A stretch of DNA of 54,786 bases, filler included, from Sluysia triapertura (Eukaryota): assembly GCA_046118255.1 (NCBI GenBank). It is 4 parts of 4 records of this genome, joined end to end, with 100 filler letters (N's around TTAATTAATTAA, not from the genome) between each part and the next. Parts side by side here need not be neighbours in the genome. Positions count along the whole stretch, not along the records: positions 1 to 13,391 come from JBJNIA010042797.1; positions 13,492 to 26,577 come from JBJNIA010060760.1; 2 more parts are not named here. The stretch is one strand, 5' to 3'. The notes below the pieces were generated by a model. It was not told where the DNA came from. It saw only the letters and a list, made by a program, of their open reading frames with translations, and ran no database searches. Shown piece after piece: positions 13,186-25,560 of the stretch. Made by a program: the position numbers and the translations under genes. Within the stretch, counting starts at the first letter, position 1. Each line of letters starts with the position of its first letter.

Positions 13186-13300
13186 ATTCTGGGTGTTTTT
13201 CTTAACTTAAAAACTTAACTTACAGCAAAATAATTAATTATTATGAGTCCGTTTACAGTATACGACTTACTAATGGCGGACCTGTAAAAATTACGTGAAA
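13186..13300 (-). repeat. Right arm of the long inverted repeat (partner 9181-9297)
   Basis: See partner. Confidence 0.85.
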
Positions 13301-13391
13301 GCAATTATCAAAAGTAACTCTTTAAAAGATGCTTCGTCTCAATTTAACGATAATAAGCAAAATCGTTATTTTACAACAAATAACTTAAAAA

Positions 13392-13491
13392 NNNNNNNNN
13401 NNNNNNNNNNNNNNNNNNNNNNNNNNNNNNNNNNNTTAATTAATTAANNNNNNNNNNNNNNNNNNNNNNNNNNNNNNNNNNNNNNNNNNNN
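13392..13491. other. Artificial contig spacer (N44-TTAATTAATTAA-N44)
   Basis: Exactly 100 nt. The linker has stops in all six frames. Confidence 0.97.
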
Positions 13492-14119
13492 GAAATGAAT
13501 CAGGATCCACAAGTCTCTTCAAAGATAAATCACTTCTAAAATTTTTTGTTACAGAAACGGGAGAAGTTGATTGAATATTTGTATCATGGCTTGTGTCTAT
13601 TTTTTGTTTTAATGAGAGTAAATCAGCTTTCAAAAATCTTATTTCTGCGTTTACGTTTTTAATAGTAGTTTCTTTCTGTTTCTATTGCTGTTATTTTATT
13701 TTCTAATTCGAAGATTGCAGCATTTTTTAGACTAATGAATTGTTATTTATTTGCTTTTTCAGCTGATAATTTACCGCTTAATACAAATACTTTCTCTTTT
13801 AAAGCATCTCTCTCTTGCTTTACATTTGTAAGTTCACATTCAAAGTTATTGGTAAAAAGAAGTAATTAGGAAATTCAAAGTTTTAAAAATTACAATAATA
13901 AATACAATAAAAAGGTAGTGTTGCAGTGATGATGAGGTGACAATAAACGTTACATATAAGAAAATGTTAATAAAAAAGATTTTATTACGCATCTGTGATT
14001 TGCCGGGGGAAAAGTGTGATAATGCGAATATTGTGAATGAATTTATTTTTAATATGGTTTTTGTTTGTGATGAGGTTTGTGTGGTTGATGATGGTAGTGG
14101 ATAAGATGTATATAATATA

Positions 14120-14380
14120 GTGGGGAGTAACACCAGACTGACAAACTCAAGGAATTGGCACCACTCTATTTCACAATGGACGGATATCAAAGGAAAAATA
14201 ACTTTTGCCCAAGTTACAAAATCCGAGAAACTGTCCCACCTGCGCCATGAGAAGCAACTTCGGGCGGGTTATACAATGGACACGCCAAGGCTATATACAA
14301 GAGGCGTCCTAAAAGGTTAGGTATGATCGATCTGGACCTCAATAGCGCGTAATCTTCAGGTGCTAGTCCAACTATATGAA
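14120..14380 (+). mobile_element. Non-LTR retrotransposon RT thumb fragment
   Basis: GC-richer island. PRLYTRGVLKG/(L)GMIDLDL matches the LYxxxxxGGLGxxD motif, with a frameshift. Confidence 0.5.
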
Positions 14381-15019
14381 TGAAAAGAAAAAACATTCAA
14401 ACCCAATTGTAACGTATTATATATTGATATTTGATTTACTATAAAATTTTATATTTGGAATACTTTAATTATTTATGATATTGATTTAAAATTTTATTTG
14501 GTTGAATTTAAAAAAAATTTTATTTGGAAAATAATATTTGTTTAAAAGTAAGATTTTATTATATTTTTTTAATTGTTTAAATTTTTCTTAATTGATTTAT
14601 TTTATAAAATTTATTTTTGATAATATAATAATATTTGGAAAATAATATTTGTTTTTGTTCAATTGTTTAAATTTTTATTATTTAAATTTTTATAAATTAC
14701 GTGATTTTTACAATATTTGATTTTTAAAACAACTAAAACAACTATATATACAAGTTTATATTTTTGTAATCTCACACAAAACAACAAATTAGCTTAACAA
14801 TTATTTTCATAAATCTTTATTCAAGTTCCTGAACAAATTCTCTCAAAATTTTTATTTATTAGAAAATCACGTTAGTTTAATCACTGTAAGTCAAGATATT
14901 ATTAAAATATCAAAAGTAAAATACAGATAAATTAATAATAAAAACTTGGGATCCTATAGACTATCCAAAGCAAACTCATTTTTTAAAATTTGAATTTATT
15001 TATTTATTTTATTCTAACT

Positions 15020-15450
15020 TCACACATACATTGTGCGGTTTTGTAGTGATTTAGATCGTTTAAATACTTAGTTGATGTTATGTCAGTTGAATAATCATCA
15101 TATATGATTATTACTTTGATTTCTTCAAAACGTCCATCATTTTCAGTTTGTTTCTTCTCTAATTCTTTACACTAGCTTTCCTTATCATATATTTTATTCA
15201 GTGCCGACTGAAGTCCCAGCTGCAAATAAATTATCATTTAACAAAGAATTTTCAGGTTCTAGTGATTTTACTCGTGTCATTAAATTAATCATATTATCAT
15301 GAATTTCAGTATTTTGTCGATGAAAAACTTCAAATGCTTCATTTTTTTTCTTTATATCATCTGTTAAATTACGAGTATTTTCCATTAATTCCAGAACTGC
15401 TTTTTTTAACGTGGTTGATAAAGTTATCTGAATCTCTCAGTATCATTATC
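15020..15450 (-). pseudogene. Coiled-coil + truncated CCCH zinc finger remnant (paralog of 27168-27950)
   Basis: Coiled-coil-like ORF 15194-15385, then HYKTAQCMC. DNA homology GTGCGGTTTTGTAGTGAT with 27254. Confidence 0.55.
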
Positions 15451-15521
15451 TATTTATTTTAAAATAGCGTAATAGCTTAAAACACGAAATTATTAAAATA
15501 TTTTTAAAATTTGTTTACTAT

Positions 15522-15716
15522 TGTTGGGGTAAAAGGCCTAAAAGTGCCATTTGGGAAAATTGAATATAATAAAAATGAAATTGTTAGATGGGTCTGATAG
15601 CTCAGTGATAGAGCAGTCCGACTGCGCAGACGATGGTCCCGGGTTCGATCCCCGGTCAGTCCATTTTACGAAGTCTAACACTATTACAATAATTATTTTT
15701 ATTTTTAAACCCGACA
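15522..15716 (+). mobile_element. Short LTR-like element containing a tRNA-like module
   Basis: Ends TGTTGGGGTAAAA...TTTTAAACCCGACA. Internal tRNA-like sequence at 15591-15663. Confidence 0.55.
15591..15663 (+). pseudogene. tRNA-like sequence (Pol III A/B boxes), anticodon arm broken
   Basis: 73 nt. Acceptor GGTCTGA/TCAGTCC-A, D arm GCTC/GAGC, T arm CCGGG-TTCGATC-CCCGG, followed by TTTT. Confidence 0.85.
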
Positions 15717-16088
15717 TTAATATTTTTCATTATTTTTAAATTTTCTTTGTGGAGTCAAACCAATGCTCGTTTAAGTTTACCACTAAAGTCATCTAACGAT
15801 TTCCTTCGTTTATATGAAAACTCATTTTTATTAGTATAGTTTATCAGATTACAGTAGACATTTTAATATGATATCGCTGATTGATTCACTACGAGAAACC
15901 ATAAAACTATCCTTAATTATAGTAATGTTAAATTAAACTTGAATAAATAAAAATTAATTGCTTACATTTCTGTCACAATGATTCATGCAAACAAATTTGT
16001 TTTATCTCAAATAAATATATCATACGCTAGTTAAAGAAAATGATTTGAAATTTTAGCTTAATTATCTAAACACATCAAATTAAATTCT

Positions 16089-16207
16089 ATCTGACTGTGA
16101 AGTGAACATTCCAGGGTTCGAGTTCTAGTCGATCTATTTTGTGAAGTTTAACAAATCAAATCGATTAGTTCTTATTATCAACCATAATTATCTAAATTTA
16201 ACCAACA
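16089..16207 (+). repeat. Degenerate 3' half of the same tRNA-like family
   Basis: CTGACTGTGAAG...GGGTTCGAGTTC...ATTTTGTGAAGTTTAACA and terminal ACCAACA. Confidence 0.55.
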
Positions 16208-18257
16208 CTAGCTACCGAGTAAAAATTACATTATAATGAAGGAAAAATGAACTCAAATATTTGATTAATTTATACATTTAAAATACAGGAAAATATAAAT
16301 TTAAAATACACCTTTATCTTGTCAAAAATTAATCAAAATCAAAATAATAATGTCACAGCCTTTATAATAAAATCATCACTTAGAAGTCTATAATTAAATT
16401 TTGATTAAACTCATAAAAAAATTATTAATGTCATTTAATATGGAACAAGTGTTTTCAAATTCTCTGATGCACAGTATTTCGTACACAAATCATATTTAAA
16501 AATTGTTTTTCATAAAAAGTAAAAAGTCGTGCATTATAGAAACGGTACTAATGTTTACTCCACCAATTTAATAATTATATTTGTAAGTTTAAAATTGATT
16601 TTTTTCCAATAAAAAAATCCAATAAGAAACAAATGATTTTCATAAAGCAACCAATATTAATTATGCAAAAAACAAAAAAATGACATGTAAAATGATAACT
16701 GTTCAAAATAAATAATTATATTTTTTAATGAAAAATGTACATTCATAAATTGATTTTTACTACTTGAAATATAAATAACCTTAAAGTATTCATATTTTAG
16801 TAATGATTTTATGTATAATTAAGTATCGAAAATGCAAAAATAAACTTTCAATCAATATAAATGCACACTAAATTACAGAATTAAATATTTTCCTGACATT
16901 TTTAATTTTTGAATAAACTTAAAACAAGAATTCAATAATGAATTTCATTAGTTAAAAAATAATCATGTATTGTATCAGTTGAATATCGATTAAATACTTA
17001 TTAAATAGATAAAATCAAATACAGTCAATTTGTTATCGAATTTTGTTTAATTTAAATGACATTTTATTATAAGCTGAAAATGTAAAGCTCAAAAAGATAC
17101 AGCAAGTCTATATTTACCATGGAATATTAAAATATTAGAAAGAACACAAATCCACATCAAAAATGAAAATATCACAATAAAATAAATATGACGCAAAAAA
17201 ATTGCAAATAAGGCTTGAATTGATACAATGAAATAATAAAATAACAATCCATTTAAAATTAGTCAAAATAATTTTTTAAATATATATATTACATAAAATT
17301 GAAGGCCTCATATAAATATAAAAATTATATATAATATACAAAACGCAAATAAAAAGATGAGACCAACTTCCTGGTAATAAAAGAAATCGACAAAAAATAA
17401 TTGTTTCTTTTTTTACTAAAAAACCAAATTTGAAAATCAATAAAACCGAATATATAAGAAATATAATTATTTTGATATTTTCGTTATATTTTCTCTTACA
17501 AAAGTTAATCTTTCCTTGGGATTGCGTTTGAAAGACACAAAACATTAGAAAAAATTAAGATAAATCAAATTACTTCCTATACAATTTTAAGAGCAATAAA
17601 ATTCAATCATGTTCGACACATTCAAAGAGTGCAGGAACATGTTTATTTGGGCTAACATTTCAGTAAAATTTCTGAAAGAAATTCATAATTTTCAGTAATA
17701 CATGTAGAAATCAATGAGATTTTCGTTTACAACTCTAAGCTTTTGTTGATTATGTTAATAAGTTTTAACATTCAACATACTGCGTTTAAATATCACATGA
17801 AATATAAATATAGAAATTTTGAATGTTTACACTCCAAAAATTGACAGTAATAGTAATAGTAATAACAATAATAGTTAGATAGATAGACAGAAAACTCGTC
17901 ATAAAATAATTGGTCACATAATTTTATCTATTTCTTAAATATTCAAAAGAAAAAATTTATTTTCGTGGTCAAGTTAAGATTAACTTCAAGTAAAACAAAA
18001 TTTATACGACTAAAAACAAAAATAATTCTAATATAACATATAGCAAATTCTATCACTTTGCGCATTTTTTTAAAAATAATTTGAAGATAAATGTTAAATC
18101 AATGTTTATTATATATTAATGTGAACAAATAAACTACATGTATTATTGGTAAATAAAAATTTTGATGAATTTTAATGCCAAATTTCATTGGTTTATTTAA
18201 ATGAAACTGTTCAAATTGAGACATCCAATTATATTCTATCAAATAGCTAATATAGTA

Positions 18258-18588
18258 TTATAATTCGATAGGGAAATTGGCAGTTTTATCTACCACATAT
18301 TGACAAAAACGCTTAATGAATCTTGGATATTCACGACGAGCAACTGTTCTTAATACAGAAGCTGGTGCCCATCCTCCAGGATTGATACTACTAGCGTATA
18401 ATATGCGACATTTGATTTTGTCACGTGTCAATTTGCTTGTTTGATCAAGTTTATTGTAGTTATGGATATTGAACGACCCTCCAATATCATTAACATCAAC
18501 ATCGTCCTTAATTACGGTCTGGCATATAAGAGCAACATCTAATATCAATCGAATCATATGATTTGATGATTCATCAACTTCAGAATCA
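18258..18588 (-). CDS. CERT1: Final exon of ceramide transfer protein (CERT/STARD11)-type START domain
   Basis: VALICQT...RDKIKCRILYASSINPGGWAPASVLRTVARREYPRFIKRFCQYVVDKTANFPIEL* matches the CERT C-terminus. Acceptor TTTTTTTAG at 18589. Upstream exons not found in this contig. Confidence 0.9.
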
Positions 18589-18842
18589 CTAAAAAAATTA
18601 TATAAATTATAAAATAAATATTAAGTAAAATTTTGTTACTTTAACCTCTTTAAGTTGTGAATTTTCTATCCGTATTTTCAACTTTGTAAATTCGAAGTTA
18701 CAAATGAAATAAAAGAAATTAAAATTTTGAAAAAAATATTTTTTGTTATTGAATTACAAAGCATATGTAGTATATGTACAATATTTTGTCTAACTATATA
18801 TTTACATTAAATTGTAAGCCATAATCATTTAACACTTGTTTT

Positions 18843-19195
18843 TGTTGGAATTCTAAAAATAATCACTATTTGAATACGTTTTCATATGAAAAACAATCGT
18901 TTAGGTCGATCTTATTGTAGAGCTACAATTGTGTCATTAATATTTATTGTATTGTTAATATTAATATTGAACAAAAAAATAAAAATGAATATGTTGAAGT
19001 ATAAATCTAAAAAGTGCCTTTAAAAATTGTAATGAAAATAAATTGTTAAATTGGACTGATAACTCAGTGGTCAGAATATCGATGTAATCAGCGAGAAGGC
19101 ATATGCTCCAGTCCCAGCAAGTCAATTTATTTCTTCAAAGTTTGCATGTATGTAATCAATCATTAATTTCCTGTCTTTCTAATAGAATTTCAACT
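18843..19195 (+). mobile_element. LTR-like element with internal tRNA-like module
   Basis: Ends TGTTGGAATTCTA / TAGAATTTCAACT (11/13 inverted match). GGACTGATAACTCAGTGG...CCAGTCCCAGCAAGTC at 19053-19123. Confidence 0.55.
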
Positions 19196-19498
19196 ACTAC
19201 TCCATTATTTGATATCACATCAGTAATCATATTTTGATTGCTTTAATAGGATATTTTCATCATAGATCCGTTCTTAACTTTTGAACTTCGATGGGTTCTT
19301 TTTCATTATCATAATACTTCTCTTTGACCCTAAAAATCTATTGCAGCATCATTTATTATCATAAATTCATTTTTTGATATTATGCACATAGCTCTGATTT
19401 CCTGGTTAGTCAATATTTAATATTAATTTTATTTTATAATTAATTTATTTGCATTTTAAATAAAAATAACTTCATTTATAAATTGTGAACAATCACTT

Positions 19499-19615
19499 TG
19501 TTAGGCATTAAATATGATAAGGGTTCAATAAAAAACAAATCATTATACTAGGGCTTATAGCTCAGAGGGAAGAACATTAGCTGTGTAGCAAAATAGTGTT
19601 GGTTTGAATCAATTT
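19499..19615 (+). repeat. Further degenerate tRNA-like family copy
   Basis: Starts TGTTAGG. GGGCTTATAGCTCAGAGGGAAGAACA...CTGTGTAG...GGTTTGAATC. Confidence 0.5.
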
Positions 19616-21533
19616 CAATAAATATAAAAATTTAAAAGAAATATGATATACAGCTTACTTGCAGGAATAAAGTATCATTAGATAATGTCAATTGACGTTA
19701 CTACATCTAGAGTAATATTTCGCTTCTATCTAGAAAGATTACATATAATTTCTGATGTCGTACAATCCTCTCGATATTAAAATTTCATGTTTTGTTATTT
19801 ATTACCCTTTATTTGTTACTTCAGAAAACATGATTATAAATCAAAGCAATAGTTAACAATGAATATTTAATGAGTAATAACACATTGATTTGGTTTGCCA
19901 TAGTATATAAATTGCCACTGTCATTTAAGGACAATCGGAACAATACTAATACAGTACAATAACCATGTGATTCTTTTATGAAGCAAGCAATAATAATATT
20001 TTGTGTATGCAATTATATTTTATTAGCAATTTTCATAAAATTTTAAATAAAATAAATTAGCAAACCTTCAAGTATGGAATCTTTTTAGAGACTTGAAATC
20101 TTAAAATCCTTTCTAAGTGTTATACAACGGATTTTTGAAACACAATGACCATAATAAAATCAAGTATTTAAATGTATTGCAAGAATATGTAAACGATAAA
20201 CAATTTATTTAAATTAAAAACAAAATTTGTTAATTGTAAATAATTAAAATTATTTTTATAAATAATTATAATAATCAATAAAAATTTACTTATTAAATGA
20301 ATATTATATTTGAAATATTATAAATGATTTATAAATGAAATTAAATATTTTTTCAAATGATGAAATCCCATTAATTCATTAAGATAATGGATGTTTAATG
20401 TTCACAATAGAAAAATTATATTCATGTGATTTGTAAATGAAATTAAATATTTTTGATAATGGATTTTTAATGTTCAGAATAATTATTCTAAAAAGAAAAT
20501 AAATAATGGATTTTTAATGGATTTGTGTGACTAAGATAATGAATTGTGTATAAATAGTTATAAATTTTTAGAAATACACAATAAGAAAATTCGACAAAAC
20601 AGACTAATTCACAAAATAAATTTCGGACAGTTTAAATTTCCGGATCTCATTTGAATTTTATCTCGATTGATTAAGTAGTAAGTTTAGTTTCGTTAAGATC
20701 CCTCTCGATTTCACGGGAAATATAAACTATTAAAATTACTAAAAACAAAAGTTGTTCACTGACCAATTATAAAATCTTTTTAAAATTTAACATAAAAATA
20801 AATAAAGCCGAAACAACTTTATAATTATTTTATTATTATTCTTAAATTTTGATTCTTAGAATTACATTTTTTGATTTAAATTGTTTTGAATATTTTGGCT
20901 AAACTGTAACTAATTGTTTAGTTAGTTATTTAAGTTATTTGATTTAATAAACTTTAGTAGTGTTTTAAATTAATTCTTTGTCTAAAGCAAAATTAACTAA
21001 AAAATAATTAAGGATTTTTTTAAAATTAGCACTAGGATGAAAATACGTACATACATATATAAAGTTCATAAAGAAAGAAACCGCTACAACATTTCGACCC
21101 TTAATTATTGTTTTTCTGTAGGAACGCATCAATAAGTCGTGCACTATGGACGAACCCATTATAAGAAAAGTCATTCTGTAAAGTTAGTCTTAAACGCAGC
21201 AGTATATATAATAAGTGTAAATAAACAAAACAATGCGCATCGCATTCATTTTAGTGCCTAAAACACAGTTTGTACTTTTATAGTATGACATAGAATGATT
21301 TTACTTAACACGTGTGAAATGGTAACAATGAATACAACAATATATCTACTCGCTAAAGATAGTAATTAAAACAAAAGAAAATGTTAATTGACAGAACATA
21401 AACTTTTAACAATTTCACAAATAGTCGAAATCCGCAATAACTAACGCATAATTATAAAACGATACAAATTTCTACAAAAACCTTCAACTTAAAAATACGA
21501 AGTTGAAATTGTATATTATTATGCAGAATTTCA

Positions 21534-21534
<1 letters not shown>

Positions 21535-21576
<42 letters not shown>
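21535..21576. repeat. (AAT)n microsatellite
   Basis: Direct reading. Confidence 0.95.
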
Positions 21577-21577
<1 letters not shown>

Positions 21578-21837
21578 TTTGTAAAAACAATTGCAACTAT
21601 TTTTATATTATTATTGATAAGAAATATGATAATTGTTATTTTACTGTAATATGCTGTATTATTCTATGAATGCAATATGCTGACATAATACACATTTTAT
21701 TGTTTATGTAAAAACACATTTCTTACCTATTTTTATATTTCTGAATTAAATCTTACTTATTTATTTCAAAATATAGAGTACATTTTATAAATCTTTATAA
21801 ATCGTGTACAAATTTATTAAAGCTTGTATAACGATTA

Positions 21838-22243
21838 CCGTATTTTCCGGATTATAAGGCGCATCCTAAAAAATATTTTTATGAGACACAGCCTAACAAT
21901 GAATTGACTCATTAATACATTAAATTAAATCAAAATATAATGTATAATTATATAAATTTTCAATATTCTCAACATGATCCAATGGCATTTGCTGTACGAT
22001 TATGACTCCTGCACGGATTGATAGAGATTTCCTGTTCATAAATCTTGAGCACCGGGAAGATCTACCTTTGAAGTTGTTGATCCCTTTAGATTGAGCTAGT
22101 TCTTCCGCAGGTATTCACTGCTCAAGCAAATTTTCAAGCTTGAACCATCTCTCTTTATTTCCCGAAAGCTGCATTTGGTCTTTTTACTTGCCAGGGATCA
22201 TCTTCTTGCTTGCACCAATTTCTAATCATCGATTCGTTTACAT
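21838..22243 (-). mobile_element. pogo/Tc2-type DNA transposon remnant
   Basis: TA + TIR CCGTATTTTCCGGATTATAAGGCGCA. Minus strand reads VNESMIRNW..RWFKLENLLEQ*I..GINNFKG..RFMNRKSLSIR (CENP-B HTH). Confidence 0.8.
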
Positions 22244-23265
22244 CAGTGATGTCAAACAGGCGGCCCGCGGGTCGCATGCGGCCCACAAGAGCTTGAGATG
22301 CGGCGAGAGGCTTGATAACAACGTATAAAATAATTTTATTTTAGGATTAGATTGAAATTTTAATTTAAACTATTTTTAAGCATTTGAGTACACAGCCTGT
22401 GGCATTTACGCACCCATTTTGATTCATGTTGTCGCTAAGTCGGTAACATCGATAAAAGAGATCGTATTTAAAAATAATAAAGATCAATGCGAGACGAACA
22501 AAGAATTTTTAAACCAAGATGGGGGTTAAATTACTTTTTTATAGAGCTAAAAGATAAAGCTTAATGTTTAATTTGTAAACAGACTATAAATGTTTTGAAA
22601 GAATATAATTTAAAACGCCATTATGAAATGTATTCAGAATAATAAGAGAAGACATGTTAAAAAATTAAAAAGTGAACTTAAGTCACAACAATCATTTTTT
22701 AAAAAATTGTTTGAAAACTCCGAAGGTCAAGTTTTCAAATGTTTCACAGACGGTGATTTTGTTAAGGAGTGCATGTTAAAAACCGCAGAAGTATTTTTTC
22801 CCGAAAAAGTCAAAACTATTCAAGACATTTCACTATCAAGAAATTGTGAAAGCTGAGATAATTAATGATATCGCTACTAATATTATTCAAAAATTCAACA
22901 TTTTCAATTGCAATTAATGAAACTACAGATATTACCGACCAAGCGCAACTTGCTGTCTTTATTCGTGCTTGTGACAAAGATTTTACTGTGGCTGAAGAAC
23001 TCCTCGACATTTTATCTCTTAAAAACACCTCTACAGGTCAAGACATTTTTGAATCCGTCGACAAGCTTTTAAGTAAATATAATCTTTCTTTATCTAAATT
23101 ATCTAAAAATGGATTTGTATCTACATTATTAGCTAAGCAACACGATATTTCTCCCGATAAACAATTTTACTATGTTCATTGCATCATACCTGAGGAGATT
23201 CTGTGTTCCAAAGTAATAAAAATGGAAAACATCCTTCAATTTGTCAATAAAACGATAAATAAAAT
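22244..23265 (+). mobile_element. hAT (Charlie/Buster, GTF2IRD2-like) transposon remnant
   Basis: 5' end CAGTGATGTCAAAC + CGGCCCGCGGGTCGCATGCGGCCC. Transposase pieces CLIC..LKEYNLKRHYE, FTDGDFVKECM, FSIAINETTDITDQAQLAVFIR, HCIIPEEILC. Frameshifted. Confidence 0.92.
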
Positions 23266-23535
23266 GACCATACGAAAAGTTTTTGTTAAATTCGTTAGAT
23301 AATTTACAAAATGAAATAAATTAATCATTATTTAAGAATAGTAACATGGTGTGCCTTGTTAATTTATTAAATAGTTGTCGGATTAAATAAATTTAAAGAG
23401 CTTATCGACACAACTGTAATTAAATAACTTCTTTATGTATTATAATATTTAAATTGAAGCACTTTTATATTTAAAATTATGAATTATTACATTTAAAACA
23501 ATCTTTTAACATCTGATAAAATTTTTACCTTAAAA

Positions 23536-23740
23536 ATGAATAACAATTCTGATGATAATACCAATAATTTTACCAATAACCACAAAGTTCCTGGAAAAAG
23601 AAAAAGTATTCTTGAAATCATTAAAAGAGTTGGAAAATGCTTCGAAAAAATCATAGCATCAAAGAAATTTCAGAAGATGTCGATGTAAATTATAAAATTA
23701 TAGGTAGAACTGCGGAATATTTGTCTAATGAAAGTATTTG
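23536..23740 (+). pseudogene. Frameshifted HTH-like ORF (probable transposase N-terminus)
   Basis: KRKSILEIIKRVGKCFEK/NHSIKEISEDVDVNYKIIGR. Confidence 0.35.
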
Positions 23741-24009
23741 ATCTTTTAAAAAGATAAAAATAGAACTTTAAATTTAAATACATAATTTCAAATATAATAA
23801 TAATAATTTATTCGAGTTAAGGTGAACATTTTGGTTTTGTATTTTCGTGACATTACAATTCTACTCGCGTCATTCCTCATTTTACTTTTGCGTCTTTTTA
23901 TATATGTACTCTGTATTAGAACCAGGGCCCTCTCGCTGCGCAATTCGATGAAATGAAAAAAAAGTATTAATATATAGTGTTTAGAACTATTCCCTATTTA
24001 GGGAAAGAA

Positions 24010-24200
24010 GGTCTTCTTTGTGTCTATGGGAATCAGGGATTTCTTTCTAAACTTTGTGTCTTCGATATGGTCTTCACTGAGACTTACGAAGCTTCACTAC
24101 AGTCTTTTATGTCTTCACTGTAGACTTGAAAGGTTTCGCTACAGACTTGTTGTATTTTCCATAGAGGTGTTTACTTCACTATAGTTTATAACTGTAGTCT
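24010..24200. repeat. ~20-nt degenerate minisatellite (GTCTTCACTRYAGACTT)
   Basis: Repeated CTTCACT...AGACTT units. Confidence 0.7.
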
Positions 24201-24283
24201 TTGTTATTTGTTCCTGCTATGGACTAGTGAAGGATTTTTAGGGCATTATTTATTTTACATATAATTATATGTATTTGTTTCCA

Positions 24284-25560
24284 TCATTGCAGGATATGGT
24301 CTCGGTACGCATTAGTTGATGACTCCACAGCCACTCTCAGACACTGCTTTGTTAGGGTATTGATTTGAACTTAGTGGAAACTTAGTGATTTGAACAATGG
24401 TTCATGATCAGGATCTCATGATCTCAGGGCACCAACAATAAACGTGTAACTTTTATTTAACTTTTCTCGCAGGTCTTCACACTTGTATGTGTTGGTGGAC
24501 CGAGCAATTTCAAAGTTTTCCATTAGGTCCATTGGTGTTTTGACGTCGGTGAGGAACAATTTGGCTTGTACATCGGGTCGCCTAGGGTTATCTATGATTG
24601 GTGTGGACGAGTCTGTGATGTGGCAGTGCTTATATGTGGCACAGTTCATGGAGAATGGACACCATCGGCACGACGTTCGGAGATGTAGGCGGATGTTCTT
24701 CGGATTGAAATTGAAGCTGATTCTGTTATTCCTCGCTTTGATCATGAATAATCAAGCCTTATTTTTCAAGTCGAGTGTGAGACATTTGTTGGATAATAGG
24801 TTCTACATCAGGCACTCGACGTAGATTCTTTGGCATTTCCGTGACTTTAAGTGTGTTTTAAGTACTAATTAACTCATGGAAGTACTTGCCAATTTTGTTT
24901 TTATGGTATTGGTTAATAATGATGGGGTTCTCTCCCAGGATTGTAGTGATAACTGGATATCATTGGAGTCGTTGGAGTAGACGAATGAAGCTTTGGTTTT
25001 CTATTTCCGTTCTAGGTTCTTGATTGAAATACGGATTTTAGACCACATTTGTCTGCAGATTCTCCAATGAGCCATAGAAGTGCTATGGCTATAGTTTTGA
25101 TGTTTTCATTAATTCATTTTTATGAACCCGTGATGAGCCAGAGTGCGTATAATGGGAGTGTGGCTGTTGAGTATGTCGAGGTCAATCCAAGTCTGCCATG
25201 CATTTTGTGTGTTAGGTAGAAGCACCTGTTGAGAGGATTATAGCATGTGCGTTTGGAATGAGTCATGCTGAGTGTGTATACGTTGACATCCAAGTTCCAT
25301 AGATGAAACGGGAGTGGATGAAGTTTCGATACGTTATGAACTTGTTCCTGGATTGGCCTATTAATTCAATGAACTTGATATTTTTGTTCAATAGATCATC
25401 AATGGACTGGCGTTTGATGGCAAAAAGGGATGCCAAGATGAAATGTCTGCTTCGTTGTGAAACGAGGGATAGGAGTTTTCTCAATCAGAAGGGAGTGAGT
25501 CGAACTGGGCACATTTGGAAGGCCGGAATATCAGGTTCGTGGATTTTGTACATTCAACTT
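24284..25560 (-). mobile_element. 5'-truncated RLE-type non-LTR retrotransposon (NeSL/R5/Utopia-like)
   Basis: In order: FYLTHKMHGRLGL (RT thumb), CRWC..E(T)VPHI..C knuckle, RPD..LTDVKTPMD..ENFEIAR..YK (PD-D/ExK nuclease), FIVGALRS*DPDHEPL, ...NAYRDHILQ*. Confidence 0.88.

Noticed and set aside
13436-13447. TTAATTAATTAA repeated inside N runs (also 26622, 42760)
   Set aside because: Artificial six-frame-stop linker, not biology.
15591-15663. Functional tRNA gene
   Set aside because: The anticodon stem does not pair, the D-loop GG is mutated, and related degenerate copies are dispersed.
17276-17545. Short F/I/L/K/N-rich ORFs (e.g. 13846, 17276, 27735, 49462, 50940)
   Set aside because: Composition expected by chance in ~78% AT DNA, with no motifs or splice support.
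19650-19780. IICNLS as the missing upstream CERT exon
   Set aside because: In-frame stops and no other START motifs.
24010-24200. CRISPR-like array (also 42597-42715)
   Set aside because: Eukaryotic context, degenerate tandem units without unique spacers, and no cas genes.
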